Source of the DNA: Antedon mediterranea
Taxonomy: Eukaryota; Animalia; Echinodermata
NCBI RefSeq assembly: GCF_964355755.1
Contig: NC_092675.1
Span: forward strand, 30,476,912-30,540,911
Length of the DNA stretch: 64,000 bases
Reading direction: 5' to 3'
Shown here one piece after another: positions 27,001 through 41,100 of the stretch. The notes under the pieces are model-generated. The model saw only the letters and a list, made by a program, of their open reading frames with translations, did not search any database and was not told the origin of the DNA. Within the stretch, counting starts at the first letter, position 1. Each line of letters opens with the position of its first letter. Position numbers and translations under genes: made by a program.

Positions 27001-27580
27001 AAGCTCACACAAACTTACCTGTTTATACCGCATCAAGCATAACAATAATGGAAAAGCCCACACAAACTTACCTGTTTTTACCGCATCAAGCATAATAATA
27101 ATAGAAAAGCCCACACAAACTTACCTGTTTTTACCGCATCAAGCATAACAATAATGGAAAAGCTCACACAAACTTACCTGTTTTTACCGCATCAAGCATA
27201 ACAATAATAGAAAAGCCCGCACAAACTTACCTGTTTTTACCGCATCAAGCATAACAATAATGGAAAAGCTCACACAAACTTACCTGTTTATACCGCATCA
27301 AGCATAATAATAATGGAAAAGCCCACACAAACTTACCTGTTTTTACCGCATCAAGCATAACAATAATGGAAAAGCCCACACAAACTTACCTGTTTATACC
27401 GCATCAAGCATAACAATAATAGAAAAGCCCACACAAACTTACCTGTTTTTACCGTATCAAGCATAACAATAATAGAAAAGCCCACACAAACTTACCTGTT
27501 TTTACCGCATCAAGCATAACAATAATGGAAAAGCTCACACAAATAATTCTGAATGACGACGTAGTCCCTAGGGGTGACAT
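5938..27580 (-). CDS. Paralog B: receptor-type tyrosine phosphatase, SP - SRCR x6 - Tie-like Ig x2 - EGF-like x4 exons - FN3 x5 - TM - PTP D1 - PTP D2 (about 38 exons)
   Basis: Exon 1 is 27496-27580. SRCR exons span ~22985-26179; Ig-like exons ~22085-22493 and ~21280-21519; EGF exons ~17701-20997; FN3 exons ~13086-17310. TM exon ~12871-12945 ([24 protein letters not shown]). D1 motifs: [43 protein letters not shown]2 motifs: KNRY, DYINAS, VHCLDGRSRCG. Last exon 5938-6012 ends [11 protein letters not shown]. The 88-bp and 37-bp D1 exons match the usual RPTP exon pattern. Confidence 0.9.
10950..11155 (-). mobile_element. Degenerate tRNA-derived SINE (same family as 29054-29375), shared with paralog A
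   Basis: Reverse complement contains TCCTTAGGCAAGATACTTTAC..TCCACCCAGGTGTATAA..GGTTAGACACAGCTTTGCGCTGATTACTAGCTG, matching the plus-strand copy at ~29140-29250. Confidence 0.7.
14217..15518. mobile_element. Non-autonomous hAT-type DNA transposon (~1.3 kb)
   Basis: 15-bp TIRs CAGTGGCGTATCCAG / CTGGATACGCCACTG. Perfect 8-bp TSD ATGCCAAT (14209-14216 and 15519-15526). Absent from the paralogous intron of A (~38350-38380). No transposase ORF. Confidence 0.9.
20130..20480 (-). mobile_element. Possible degenerate SINE-like interspersed repeat
   Basis: tRNA A-box-like head on the minus strand (AGTGGTCGAGTGGTTAGGAT near 20455-20475). Boundaries uncertain. Confidence 0.3.
21656..21720. repeat. Perfect 28-bp inverted repeat with a 9-nt loop (intronic hairpin)
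   Basis: TTTGCTCTTATTGACACTTTGTGTACAT-TAATATAAT-ATGTACACAAAGTGTCAATAAGAGCAAA. Confidence 0.9.
23970..25870 (-). repeat. 635-bp tandem duplication unit (SRCR exon plus intron), three near-identical copies
   Basis: The acceptor motif (plus-strand 'cttggtt') occurs at 24291, 24926 and 25561, giving a period of exactly 635 bp. The introns are almost identical. Confidence 0.92.
26641..27545 (-). repeat. 53-bp tandem minisatellite of exon-1 end plus splice donor (17 donor copies) in paralog B
   Basis: Same unit as 3095-4690. 'cttacctg' recurs every 53 bp from 26643 to 27491. No 27-bp sub-array. Confidence 0.95.
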
Positions 27581-28816
27581 AATTTGTACAAACACAATGT
27601 GTCCTCCAATTCAACTAATATTTCGTTAAAATGTTCTGACAGTGGGTGCGGGAGTGATAGGATAAATGCTCTGATGAGAATTGATATTTGATCGAAAGTG
27701 AGTATTGTTAAAGATTACTAATTGTGGCATAGGCAATACTTATGTAGAGGAAGTTTTTAGAATTAACACACTTATTGCTTATTCTATATTTTGGGTTTTT
27801 TTTAATGACACGAAAAGTAATATACACCAGGAACTATAATAATTTGATATTGGTTACGGTACTATATTAAAAACGTGGCATTAAATGCTAGGAACTATAA
27901 TTTGATATTGTTACAGCTACCTCCTCTACTAACACTTGGCTGCTCTTGATAAGCGGATATCATTGGATACTACATTGAAACCATCGAGTTTCCACAAAAT
28001 TTCCTTGTGATGATACAAGTAAAGCGTTATAATTATAATATAATATAAATATATACTAACAATGTTGATAAAAAAGAGACGCATTTATATACTAATCATT
28101 CAAACATTAACCATTGTTAAAAAATAATATGGAATTTATATAAAATATTTAGTTCCATTTGATGATATGACATAATAATCAATGTCTATGTCGCATGGCT
28201 ATAACTGATTTTAAGATGATATTGAATTTATGTTTTTTTGATCCAATACAAAAGTATTACAGACGTTACGTTGTCTGGGTATGCTTGCGTATGTAACAGA
28301 CGATTTACTGACAACATATTTCTACCATATGCAAGCCAAAAGTTGGGATGAGATTTGAAATATCTTAATAAATTTTTTTCGTTACTAAAGTTCTAGATAA
28401 TACATTCTACCTTATAAAATAATAATTGTTATGTTATAGTGTGAATATAGGCCTACTGTAGAAGAACTATTATACTCAACAAACTTGGGTTTTACTGTTT
28501 ACTACTGCTTTAGTATAGATACTACTATCATCTACCAACACTATAACAACCATTTAACCTTGCTTGTAACAATTACCAGTACTATCTTGTAAAAAGTACT
28601 GTACCGAGTTTAGTAATTCCGTTTATTTCAATTTGATAGTGTTGCTTTAAAACATTGGAATATTAATATCTTAAAATATTGTTATTGATAGTCGATAATA
28701 CAAACGGTATTTTACATGATTCTTTTTAAAATTTTAATTAGTTGTTATTGGAAGTTTCCATAGGTTTCGAACGAATCAAGGTAGTACTGTACTGTACCGT
28801 CTCGTAGCATTAGTTG

Positions 28817-31800
28817 TTATTGGAAGTTTCCATAGGTTTCGAACGAATCAAGGTAGTACTGTACCGTCTCGTAGCATGACTTGTATTGCTCCTGTAAAGT
28901 AAACGTAACATTATCTATAGGCCATGTCATTACATAACATAACATTAGATATAGGCCATGTCATTACAAATACATCGTTACCATCAATTGTAAAGTAAAC
29001 GTAACATTAGCTATAGGCCATGTCATTACAAATACATCGTTACCATCAATTATGTGAGGGCGTGTGGTGATGTGTGTTGGACGTTCGACTACTGACCGTT
29101 AGACCGAGGTTCGAATCCAACTCTCGCCGCATTGCTTGTATCCTTAGGCAAGATACTTTACTTACGTTTGCCTCTCTCCACCCAGGTGTATAATTGGGAA
29201 CCCGGTTAGATCAAGACACAACTTTGCGCTGATTACTAGCTGCATATATGGGAGTATGTTTCCATAGGTGTTTGATCAGGAAATGACTGGGATAATAAAA
29301 TGTTCAGCACATTGAGAGCTTGCTTATATAAGAATGAACTATTATTATTATTAGTAGTAGTGTTATTATTATTATAACTGTAAAGTAAACGTAACATTAG
29401 CTATAGGCCATGATATTACAAATACATCGTTACCATCAATTTGATTACATTGCTTCACTATATTTACAAAATTATCATCAACTTCCATTGTTATTATTTT
29501 CGTTGTCATCCATATTAAAATCTTATCATCACGGTAGTCATTTGTCATTTTTATCGTCACATTCCTTTTACAATCCCATGCCATGTTAATGCCTGATGTG
29601 GATTCATAATTTACCATACTAACATTAACAACACTCCCACGCTCCTACATTTACCATCACTGTTAATAAAAGTCTTCATTGATGTCATCACGATGGGAAA
29701 TTTGTTTGTCATCATTCGTCATTAGTATTTAGTAATATTACCTTAGACTTTATCAAAGACGGACAAGTACTTTTAATCAGTTTGATATTCTGAAAGACGT
29801 CAACGATGGCTTCTTCATTAATCATCTGAATGATCGAGTCTACTGCGCAGAAGTATCCACATCGACTCCTGCCATCTCTGTGGGTGAATGCAAAGAACAT
29901 TTATCATAATATTTCAAACCATCAATGCAGTGCATGACTGATGACTGATTTAGCAACATCCCATTTCTAAATGCTTTTGCCGTATCGAAATAGGAAATTA
30001 AACAATATTGTACACAAAGGTCTTTAAATGCGCAAAGTCAACCAATTACACAATTATTTACTACATTATTATGTGGACTCATTACTAATAACAGATATTC
30101 AAAATCTTGTATGCGCACTAAGATTGTTGATAGCGTTACTTATACTATAGTCAAATATCATTCGGCTCCATCCACATTAAAGATCTTTCAGTTGTTGAAG
30201 TAATTTGGCCCGCTGTGTAATAATTATTGAATAGTTTATTTGTTTGTCTTTTTTTATTATTCTTGTTTGACACTTACAAACAATGAACAGCAACGATGTT
30301 GTGTTGATTCATTCGTTTACACTTATCAACATCGGATCGTAGTTGCAAAAAAGATTCCACTGAAGTAGGCTTTCCTGAATTATTAGGCCAATCACAGTAT
30401 TGAAAATGATGTATTTCCCGACGCTTTTGTTTAATCTTGGGAAATAAAAATAATGTTAGAAAATAAAATTTAAAGCAACCAGGCGTAAGAAAATGTTTAA
30501 CATTTACTTTGATAGTTAGATAACACTTAAATAGTAAAGCCAATACGCATACAATCGGTAGGCCTACCTTTGATAAATGCAATGTTCGTTTTACGATACA
30601 ACCATGGTGTTCGCTTGAAGCAAGTTGAACAATAAAGGGGCCGACGATTGTTTGAACATTAAACTCTTGTGGAAAATAAGCACCGATCGTCTCAAAATAT
30701 AAAAATAAATACAATAAATAATATTAAATAAATAAATGTTATTATTCTGGGAAGAATGATAGTTGACATAAAACAACAAACATGATATCATTCCATATAG
30801 AAAGTAATGGTCTTTTGTATGCAAAACTAAGAAGCCAATCACACATCAGACTCCTCCTTTTAACTTAATAAATAAGTAGGCCTACAATTACGGCTACTTC
30901 GTCCTTTGACCTTTATTGATTTAGAAAATAACTTCATTTTTGCAATGCCTTTATAAAAACCTTTTTAAAAATACATGTTTATATTAATTACCTTATCATT
31001 GGTGTCTTCGTTGTTTAACATTACAATGATATGCAAATTATATTCATAAATCAGTCTCCAAAAGTCCGACACTGTGTTTGGCATCGGTGCTTGCGTCACA
31101 ACATACTTATTATCTTGTTGTCCGTAGCCCTATATGATATAACATGATAGGCTCGTATCTGATCAATTATCTTACATTAACAATACTACAGATGATGTTC
31201 AAGACATTTAGGTTATATTTATACATCAACACGCCACAATGTTGTATCACTGTTGGATAAATAAATTGAAGATACAAAAAGTGCTTATTTATGTTGTTAT
31301 TATTATTTATACATTTTCAGGACGTTGAAATATTATTTTTTCCGTGTATAATTTATACATTTACTTACTGTTCATAGTGACCAATATACAACTGAATCCC
31401 AAATCTAAAGTTTATACTGAAATGCATTATATAAATAAAATACATTCTGTAGTCATTAAGTTGGGTCACTGAACTCTTCCATTAAGATATACTTACTTTA
31501 CAAAACGAAGCATTAATATAATCGTTACGATCCCCATCTGTAGATAATAGAAAAGGTATCGCATTGTCCACTGAAATGTAAAATAAAACTGTACAATAAT
31601 TTGCCTTCTTCACCACACACATCCTAAATCCCAGTGGGCTAGATTATGAATTTAATAATCATCATTATTATTCAGCATCAGTTGTAGGCCTAATCCTCAT
31701 CATCATTGTCTTGTTTTTGATCAACCAAATATAATGCAAGTATAGGTTTATCATCATTATCTTCAAGATTATCGACATCACCACTAAGAAATTGAATTAC

Positions 31801-32136
31801 CATTTGTAGACATTTCTTTCTTTTTCAGTCTGTTTTAATTTCAGAAATAATTCGAAAATCAAAAGAAATGTTTTTAAATGTTAATCAATTTGAAATAAAT
31901 AAATATTTAATTGAATTGTATTGGATACGTACACGGTACTACACGTGGATATCTGTTCTTATTGACGTTTGCACACTTAGTACCTATGCAAGTTGCATCA
32001 TGCGATGGAAGCGGTGACAGCGCATCTAGAACCTTTAATTAAAAAAAACAATCAACATTTTTGGGGGAAAAGGGATCACAACATTATTAGGTTATATGCA
32101 TGATATGCATATAACCTCTTGATTCTGTCAAAATCT

Positions 32137-32175
<39 letters not shown>

Positions 32176-35100
32176 TTCTTTCCTTAGCACTATTTGTCCG
32201 TCAATTATCTTGATATCAGTTTCATCTAACTAAGTCAATTTTTCAGAGTATATTCCTTATGGCCAGGAATCGATGTGGTTATGTTTTCACGGTGCGCAAT
32301 CAAACATTACGCGGTCTACGCGCGATTTAACGAAATCACGTTTGTAATCATATCTTCACAAGCATGAATCACTTTTAAACAAAATTTGGTACTCATAAAT
32401 TTCAGGTCATATTTCATCATATAGCAATACAATTACGTGCGTAGCGCATATAACGCATGCGTACGCGCGCTTAAAATGTTCAAAATTGTCAGAATTTATT
32501 TCTTATTATTGTTGGTTTATAAATTAGATTTCTAATTTCAGTTTATTAGTAACCCTTAGTAATATATATTATCCGAATACTGCAGTTGATTGATATATTA
32601 CTCACATTCTGCTGTTCTTGTAATCGTTTTCTTCCAAGTCGACTATTGGTTTCTTTCAATTGATTGAAAGAATTCATGAATGCCCCTGTTGGTATATGAG
32701 TCGGTTCACAAAATAAACTCTCCAAAATAGTCTCGTAAATAAACACATACTGTTCCTAAAATGAACAATTTAGGTTTCCATTTTAATTGTCTACAAACAT
32801 AGAAATAATAAACCTGTATAATATTTCAAAAAAGTCTAAAAACTGAAAAAACAACATACTACTCAAGCCATAGTCGTAAGAATCTAAATCATAAATATAG
32901 AGATCTAGTACAGATATAAAGGCAGTGTGGCATACCTCTGTCGAAGAATATCGATTGATATAGTATAGTATCGTTAGTTGTACAATTACAGTTGTTGACA
33001 TTCCCTTACCTGTGTTTGTACCATATTAAGCCTGTTTTCTCTCATTTCTTTCACAAAGTTGTATACATCGATTTTATCCTTTTCTTCAGCCATGTCCAAC
33101 ATAGCATCAATGGTTATTACTATACCAGTCCGTCCAACGCCATCACTTATAATAACAAAAATCAAATCATTTTACCAGTTAAGGTCACTCTTCCACATTA
33201 ATATTCACTGCAATGCCTTTAATTCTTTTAAATAATACTTTTAACAACGAACTATGACAATGATATGTAATTAGTTTGCCGACAAGTTTTAAAAAATGCG
33301 TAATTTAAACTGAAAGTCTGTTGCCGTGTGTTTTTTTTCTACAAAACTGTCTTATTTTAAATTATTTGGAAATGTTTCATTTGGTAATATTAGCATTCTT
33401 TAAGATAATTATTAGAAAGATAGAAATTAGTGTATTTCCAATCTCTTTAAATGATATACAACTACTTTAAAATAAGTCTTGTCTTTACCTGCAATGAACT
33501 ATCACTGGACCAAGAGATGTTTTTGCATCTTTTATTTTATAAATAAACTCAAGTAGAGGTGCTGGAGATGTAGGAAGATGTATGTCCACCCATGCGGTGA
33601 ATTGGTAATGTCGGACAAATTTCTCTGCTTTGTTCTAATTTGTTAATAATAACATTCAGTCATCTTTAGGTATACCTTCAATTCATTATTTAGTTGGTAC
33701 TAATTCGTGTAATTTACCTTTAGATCAATATACTTACAGCAATATGCAGAATAGTAAGCCTGTCTACTAGCAAACGTTAAGTTTGCAAACACGGCCGAAC
33801 TCGAGGTTTGCGAAGACAAAGGTTTCCTAGTAAAGCCGAGGCTAAACTAGGAAATTTTAAACTGTGAGTTTACTTGTTCACCCATATATTCTGATATACT
33901 ATTTTTACACAACTGTCTGTTATTACCAAAACTGATTTTGACCAAATGTTCATACCATTTTGTCTTCAAAACCAGCCATCAACCTTCACAATATTTAGTG
34001 CTCATAAACGTCAGGTCATATTATGCCTATAACATCATACAATAATTTAAAATACACACGCGCACTGCACTGTCCTCTCCACGATTCTGGGTCTGTTTTA
34101 ACGTGTTACTCCTGGTGGAGGTTGTAACTCTCTCATTTTCTCTTTCTGATTATGTGAACCATTGAAATAGTATCGACTGTTATATGGGTTCTGTTAGATT
34201 TCCGGATTGTATGTATTTTCACGTTGCCGAAACACTCGAGTAGATGAGGTATGGCAACCCCAATTATCACATCCGAAACTGTTACCATAAGACAGAAATA
34301 AAAAAATAAAATACTTACTATTTTCAACCTGAATGTCCTAATGGTGAAATTTCTATTTACATTTTCGTTTACATTCTGAACAAAAATATCACCATATTTA
34401 TTTGTTTCCCCTGCTTCAGGCCAGTACTGTATACATTTCATCTACATAAATAAAAATATACAATAAAACGCATAATATTAATTGGATGTTATAGCTTAAT
34501 AAACTCGTTAATAAGAGCAATAGGTTGCCACTGTGAATAAAGGCAATAGTGAATCATGTGACCTTACCTTATGTTTCTCCACTAGATTTGTAACCATAAC
34601 AATGATATTGCTTTCTTGCCAAACCATTCTCCAAGTATCATTCACGCTTGCTTCATTTGGACCTGTATGTATTTAATGGCATCATTTAATATGTATAACA
34701 TTTGGATCTGTATTTATTTAATGGCATCAAACATTTTTAAATGTATTTTAAATATGTAAAATAGTATGATATCTTAATTTCATTTCTATTCAAATCGGTA
34801 ATTATTCTTGAAATGCATATTTATACATAATAATATTTTTAAAATACCTTGAGATGCAATGTACGCTTTAGGATTGTCGTTAAACTGTAAGATAAATTTT
34901 AAAATAAAATCTTTATTTCATGAATAATCATACTCAAAGACGCTTTAAATAGCATATTATTACCCAGGTCATTTTTTTATCAAACACGTATGGAAACATA
35001 ATCCAATAATACAGCTAGTAATCAGCGCAAAGCTGTGTCTAACCGGCTACCCATTTTATACACCTGGGTGGAGTAAGTAAAGTATCTTGCCTAAGGATAC

Positions 35101-38100
35101 AAGAAATGTAGCAAGAGTTGGATTAGAATCATGATCTCACGATCATTCATCCAACGTCTTATGAAAAATGAGTGATCCAAACTTATTAATAACTTGTTAA
35201 TATATAACAACTTTGTTTTAACCTTGATATATGAAGCGTTAATATAATCGGATTGACCATCATCAATGTCCTTTAGAATCACACGTGAGTGGTTATCTAG
35301 AAGAAAAAGAAAGCCAAATGGTATTACTCAGTAATGTTATCATCACGGGACACGCATTTGACGTATAATAATGATATAAATGTAAGAACAATTATTAAAA
35401 TAACGTTTTATCATAAAATAATAATGTTATATCTAATCTGCAGACCGTAATACTGTTTCGATCTTAATATATTTTTTTTATCAAAATGCACAATTTCACT
35501 TACTGAATTCATATTGTAAAAGTTATAGGTATGATAACTTACACGGTAAGATGTTTCTAAATCTATTCTTATTCGTGTTGTTATACTTATTAGCTTCGGT
35601 GCATGGATATAAAAGTTGGCATGCAATATCCTATGTTTTAAAAGGAGCAAAATGTAATATAAAAAATAAACATTACAGATAATAAATTGTGTTTGTTACA
35701 TTACATGTCATTATAAAAGACTCTAGAACCAACAAATATCGTAAAACTTTAATAAACTCAATTTTACAGATTTTAACCAAGCAACTAAACTCACGTCAAA
35801 CTCCTTTTGAAAGGTTTCAGTTTTGTGGCCTTTTCTTTTGCGGACGTACCCTTGAAGATCGTGCAAACGTACTGACTGATAGCGGGTTTTTAGTTTCGAT
35901 TTTGACACAGATTTCTGTGATGGTATTGGTGTAAGTTTCGGCATAGGGTTTTGACCAGGTTTCAGTGAAGTCATAGGTTTCTGAGTACATTTGATTTTCG
36001 GGGTTGGTGAATCATTTCCAAGTTCATTTTCATCGGATTCTGTAGACAAAATCATTTAATATTTTAAATAATTTTTTTGTAAATCTTACCCATCCTACAA
36101 ATTGTTTCTTCTTTCTTTCAAATTTTTGGCTGATAATAATAATATTGTGCAAAAACATTTTAATACTACTAATATAACTTGCTGTGAGAGCAAATAGCAT
36201 GGTGAAAATTCTCAACGCTGAAATGTAAAACAAACAATATTTATTTAATCGAGTGAATACTTAATTATAGAATAATTATAATTCTAATTTATAGAATACG
36301 GTATAATAGTGAAGTATTTAATTTTGTTTATACATACCTTGTCCGTACGCGTTATATAACACGTTCGGTACAGCAATATTGTCAGTTGTATCGTTAAGTC
36401 TTCTAAAAGTTGTACTGATAGTAAAATACAAGAAATCGATCAAAAACTAGATTCCACATGCATCAAATTTACTCAAATTAAAGTTAGGCTTACGTGGTAG
36501 GTAAAGAATATATTATTGAAATTCGTGGTGACGCAATTATGCACCTAGGTATGCCACATTCAAAATAAGCTCTCTAAACCATCATTGCTATTTCCCATCC
36601 CAGCTCAACAAACTTTTATACATTTTTGATTGTTAATGCATTCATTCATTTAGCCAGACATTTAGCAATATCAAAAATCAAAACATGAATATAAAAAATG
36701 AATTAACTAAATTACTGTAAATTCTTGTCCAAACTAAGAGATTCTCAATGATATAGCTTTTATTAACTTAATGATATACATATATAATGGAACAATAAAA
36801 GATTGTAGTCTACATTATAAACAATACAAATCCTATATTGTCCTACCTTCGTTTCAATATCACAACCAATAAAAGTAGTATCACCAAACACACAGTTACT
36901 AGTCCTGATATTAGTACAACTAAAAGAGAAAAGAAATTATTCTTTATGTCGGTAGATAGCACGACTAATATCAATACTAAGTAAAAACAAACTCTATTAA
37001 AATGAAGAAAAATGATATGAATAAAACAAAATTAACTGTCTTACGTACGTACCTCTAACTTGTGTCTTATATTTTGCGCTTATACCTCCATTGTCAGCAG
37101 AAGTACCCATATCATTACTCGCCACAATCTATAAGCAAAAACAATCAAGCAACAACAATCAGGCAACCCAACTTTATTTTGTAGAAAGGTATATTTTGAG
37201 TGTTGACTAATCAGTTTCAGCAGGAAAATATTGGTAAACCTTTTACTACAAAAAATATACCTTGGTTAACTTGCCTGAATAAATAATGTGAAAGGGTAAA
37301 ACAATTGAACAATTTATTTTTGGTTTAGTATGTTTAAAATAATAACTGACCTCAACAGTATACTCTGTGTTTGCCTTGATACCGTCATCACTCATAAACG
37401 TCGTACTCGTTACTGATCCACTCACGGTTTTGCTAATTTTACCACCTCCTGATGACGTCAGTGTCACTGTATAATTATGTACTGTACAATCATTACTGGT
37501 TGGAGCTTCCCATTCAACTTCAACTGTGTTCTTTCCAGAAGTTACTTTGACATTTGCAGGATCTCCCGGAGCTAGAAAAGTAATAATATGGTGTGTAATA
37601 GGTTCTATTCCATTAGCTATACTATTTTTCAAACAAATAATATATGGCCTGGAATAAAAAAGGAATAAAATACATGTTTACGGTATAGTCCTAGGCCTAG
37701 GCCTATACCGTAAACCGTAAACATGTAAATTAATAAATTAATATGCATAAGTAACGGCTTTTACCTATAAATCGTTAATGAAGACATTTTAAATAAATAA
37801 AGTTATTTAAACTTAATTCCTGATATATTAATGTAGTCTTACCTACAGTGCCACTTTGAATAATATCAGATGTTTTTGGTCCTTCTAGATTTTGGTTCTT
37901 TCCATAAACTTCAAAAGTATATACATTACATGGCTTTATATTTTCCTCTATTTTCACTATGTTAGACTTTGTAGTACTTCTTTTTATAACAACATTATTA
38001 TTATCTTTCAATGAATATTCATACACCATGTCACCATTACGACTACCACACGGAATCTCCAACCACGATATAGTCAAAGAATACGGCTCTTGATCAGACA

Positions 38101-41100
38101 TTGTCATTATCTCAGTCGCTTGATCAGGAGCTTTTATAAGAAATAAAGGAGAAACTATTATTAATAATCGTAACTTACAGACATAATTTATATCACATTT
38201 CCTCTGACCACATTCCTGCAAATCCTATGACAAGTAGACAGAATGCGATATTTCTAAAAGACCAGTTGAACTAAAGTAAGATCATATTTCTTCTGCACAA
38301 GTTATTTTAGAATCAAAACACACTATGAATTAATAGTTGCACTTATAGTAATGCACACAGATATGATAATAACCTACAGAAATAGGAATATAGACTAGTA
38401 AACTGTGATATAGTGTATATGCTCTACTTTGTATTTAAATTATCATCAATCATGTGACGAAAGATGTATTCTATGGAACATATTAACACTACTTAGTAAT
38501 ATATTGTTAATAAAAGTACAGTATTCATTTTTTGCCTACCACTTTCTTCTGTTTGTACTGTATGTTCATCTGATGCTGCTCCAGCTACGTCATTAGACAC
38601 CGCAGTAACTTGGATTCGATATCGAGAATACGCACTCAGATTTGATAAGATGTATGAAGCAGTTTGAACGGGACCTTTATTGATGACTTCATTACTAGTG
38701 TTATCACACATATCAAATTGTATTAGTTGATAAGTTACGTTATACATAACAGGACAGTTTCCATATGTCACTTCATTCCAAGATAAAGAAATATAATCGG
38801 GCCCAGAAATATCAGAAAGTCCATTAACTTTGCTTGGAACTAAGAAATACATAACAATTATAATGTTAGTAAAACAATGCCAAACTTCCGATATTATATT
38901 CAACGATTGTAAAGTCTACCGTAGATTAATATATTACAGTATATAACAGAAATAAAGAAATAGAAAATAATACAATAAATTGCAAAAATCTCTTGGATGC
39001 TAAATATAAAGATGCAACATATCAAGCTGTATATAATCATTAGGAGAAAGAACTTTTTTTTTCTCGTAGCGATAACGGCTTGACAGACATTTCGTTGGTC
39101 TTTATTAGGCAAATTGTCGTCACATATATCTCTACACAATTTGTGTTAGATTCTGACAAAACAATTAGATTAGATGTTATTAAAAACTAATAACAAACAA
39201 AATTGATAAACACACAGTGCAATCAAAAGGTCAATACTCAAAAAACTAGTTATGTTTAACCATAGAGATATTATAGTTCACTATAATATCTCTATGGTTT
39301 AACATTGTTTTACCAGTTTTAGTTGTTTCATTATTACTCCATGGTCCATTGAATCCAGCATTGTTCTCTATTTGTACTTTACATGTATACCACGTGCACG
39401 CTGTTAACCCGCCAATCGTAGCTGATGTAACATCACTAGCAGTGACAGTTATAGATTCTGAATCTGACTCACAATATACATCGTAATGAAAACTGTTGCA
39501 CTGTATTTTTTCTGTATCATTATCTATTTCCTGTAGAAAAAATCTATTTATGATTATAATTAAGATAATATAAGATAATAAGATTTATAAAGCGCGCTCC
39601 ACAAAGTGCTCAAGGCGCTCATAGTTATATTCAAAGAAGAAAATACAAAACACCAACCTGCCATGCAACTGTTAATGAAGAACTGGATGGATAAACTGCA
39701 ATAATATGTGGAGAAACCAATGGCTCTATAAAAAAAATTATTAAATTAAGAAAATATTCCCTCTTTTGCATTTGAGTGTAAAAATACAAAATAGCAAAAA
39801 TGTAAACTTAGGTTAATTATTCTAGTCACAATTATTGTTCTGTCAAAGGTTTCTATGCTTTTTTTCAGATAATGAATATGAATGGTTAATTGATGTTTAT
39901 CAATATATTGATCCATTGTTCTCACTTGAACATATCGTTGATTCTGTCACAACTTGACTGTCTGGTCCACAAACATCTTGTCCGCCGATGTTCTTACATA
40001 CACGAACTTTGACCTCAATCGTTCGATTTGGCGGTAACCCAGTAATTGTAAAGACGTCATCATTTGTTGTGATTGTTGTAAATGTTGATTCATCTTCACT
40101 TTTATATAACACTTGATAAGATGAAGCTGGTCCAGTTCCATAATCCTCACCAAAAGTCCAATCATACACGATAATCATATTGGTGGCTGTGACGTCAGTA
40201 CTATTAACTTGCTTGAATAAATACGGCAAAGCTAAGTCAAAAGAAAAAAAATATATTGCATTATACAAGAGCGTATCAAATTATTGATTGGTCAAAATCT
40301 CGAATAATTGGCAATTATTTAGGTTGTGTCCTTGTAGAGAGCGTGTTTGTTCTGTTTTGTAGGATATTTTGCAAATTTATTAATAACTAACCTATCTGGC
40401 AGTCGTTACCGCCCCATCCATCTTCACAGTTTCCACTATCACAGTAACCCGTATCTTTATCACATGATGATGACGTTTTACAATGGCAACTATACTGACA
40501 AAATTCACCAAACTGTCTATCGGGGCATGTCACATGATCTTAAGGAAAAAAACAGATAAAATACACACAAAAAATAAAAATAACAAAATACACCTTGTAA
40601 CACACGTCCACAATGAGATCCACAAGTGTTACTGTTCCATTTTTAATAATAATAACATTATAGAATAACGCATAACTACTAAATAAACATTTTAATTTAC
40701 CAAGACATTTATTTCCATCAAATCCATAGTTACATGTAGCTCCACTTCGACATCCTTTTTTGTAATCACAGTAATATGAACTGCAGTGGCATCCTTGATT
40801 ACAACCTGCGCCGTAGTTTGTCCCTGTACATGCTATTTTTGTGAAAAGTATACCAATTTGAACAGTTGGATTTTTTTTATTTATTATTTTATATTTTTTT
40901 CTGCAAAAAAGTTAGCTGAACGCGTTTTTTCAGGCCATTAATGTAACAGCTAATAAAATAACTTCTGTTTTTTTCTTTTTTTTTCTCATACGCATCCAAC
41001 AGCGAGTGAATCGTCAATTACAGGATGGATAAACTATTTAATACTTTATACTAAATCTCATTTAAGGCTTAGGAAGTGGAGTTCAAAGAGTCGTGAGTTA

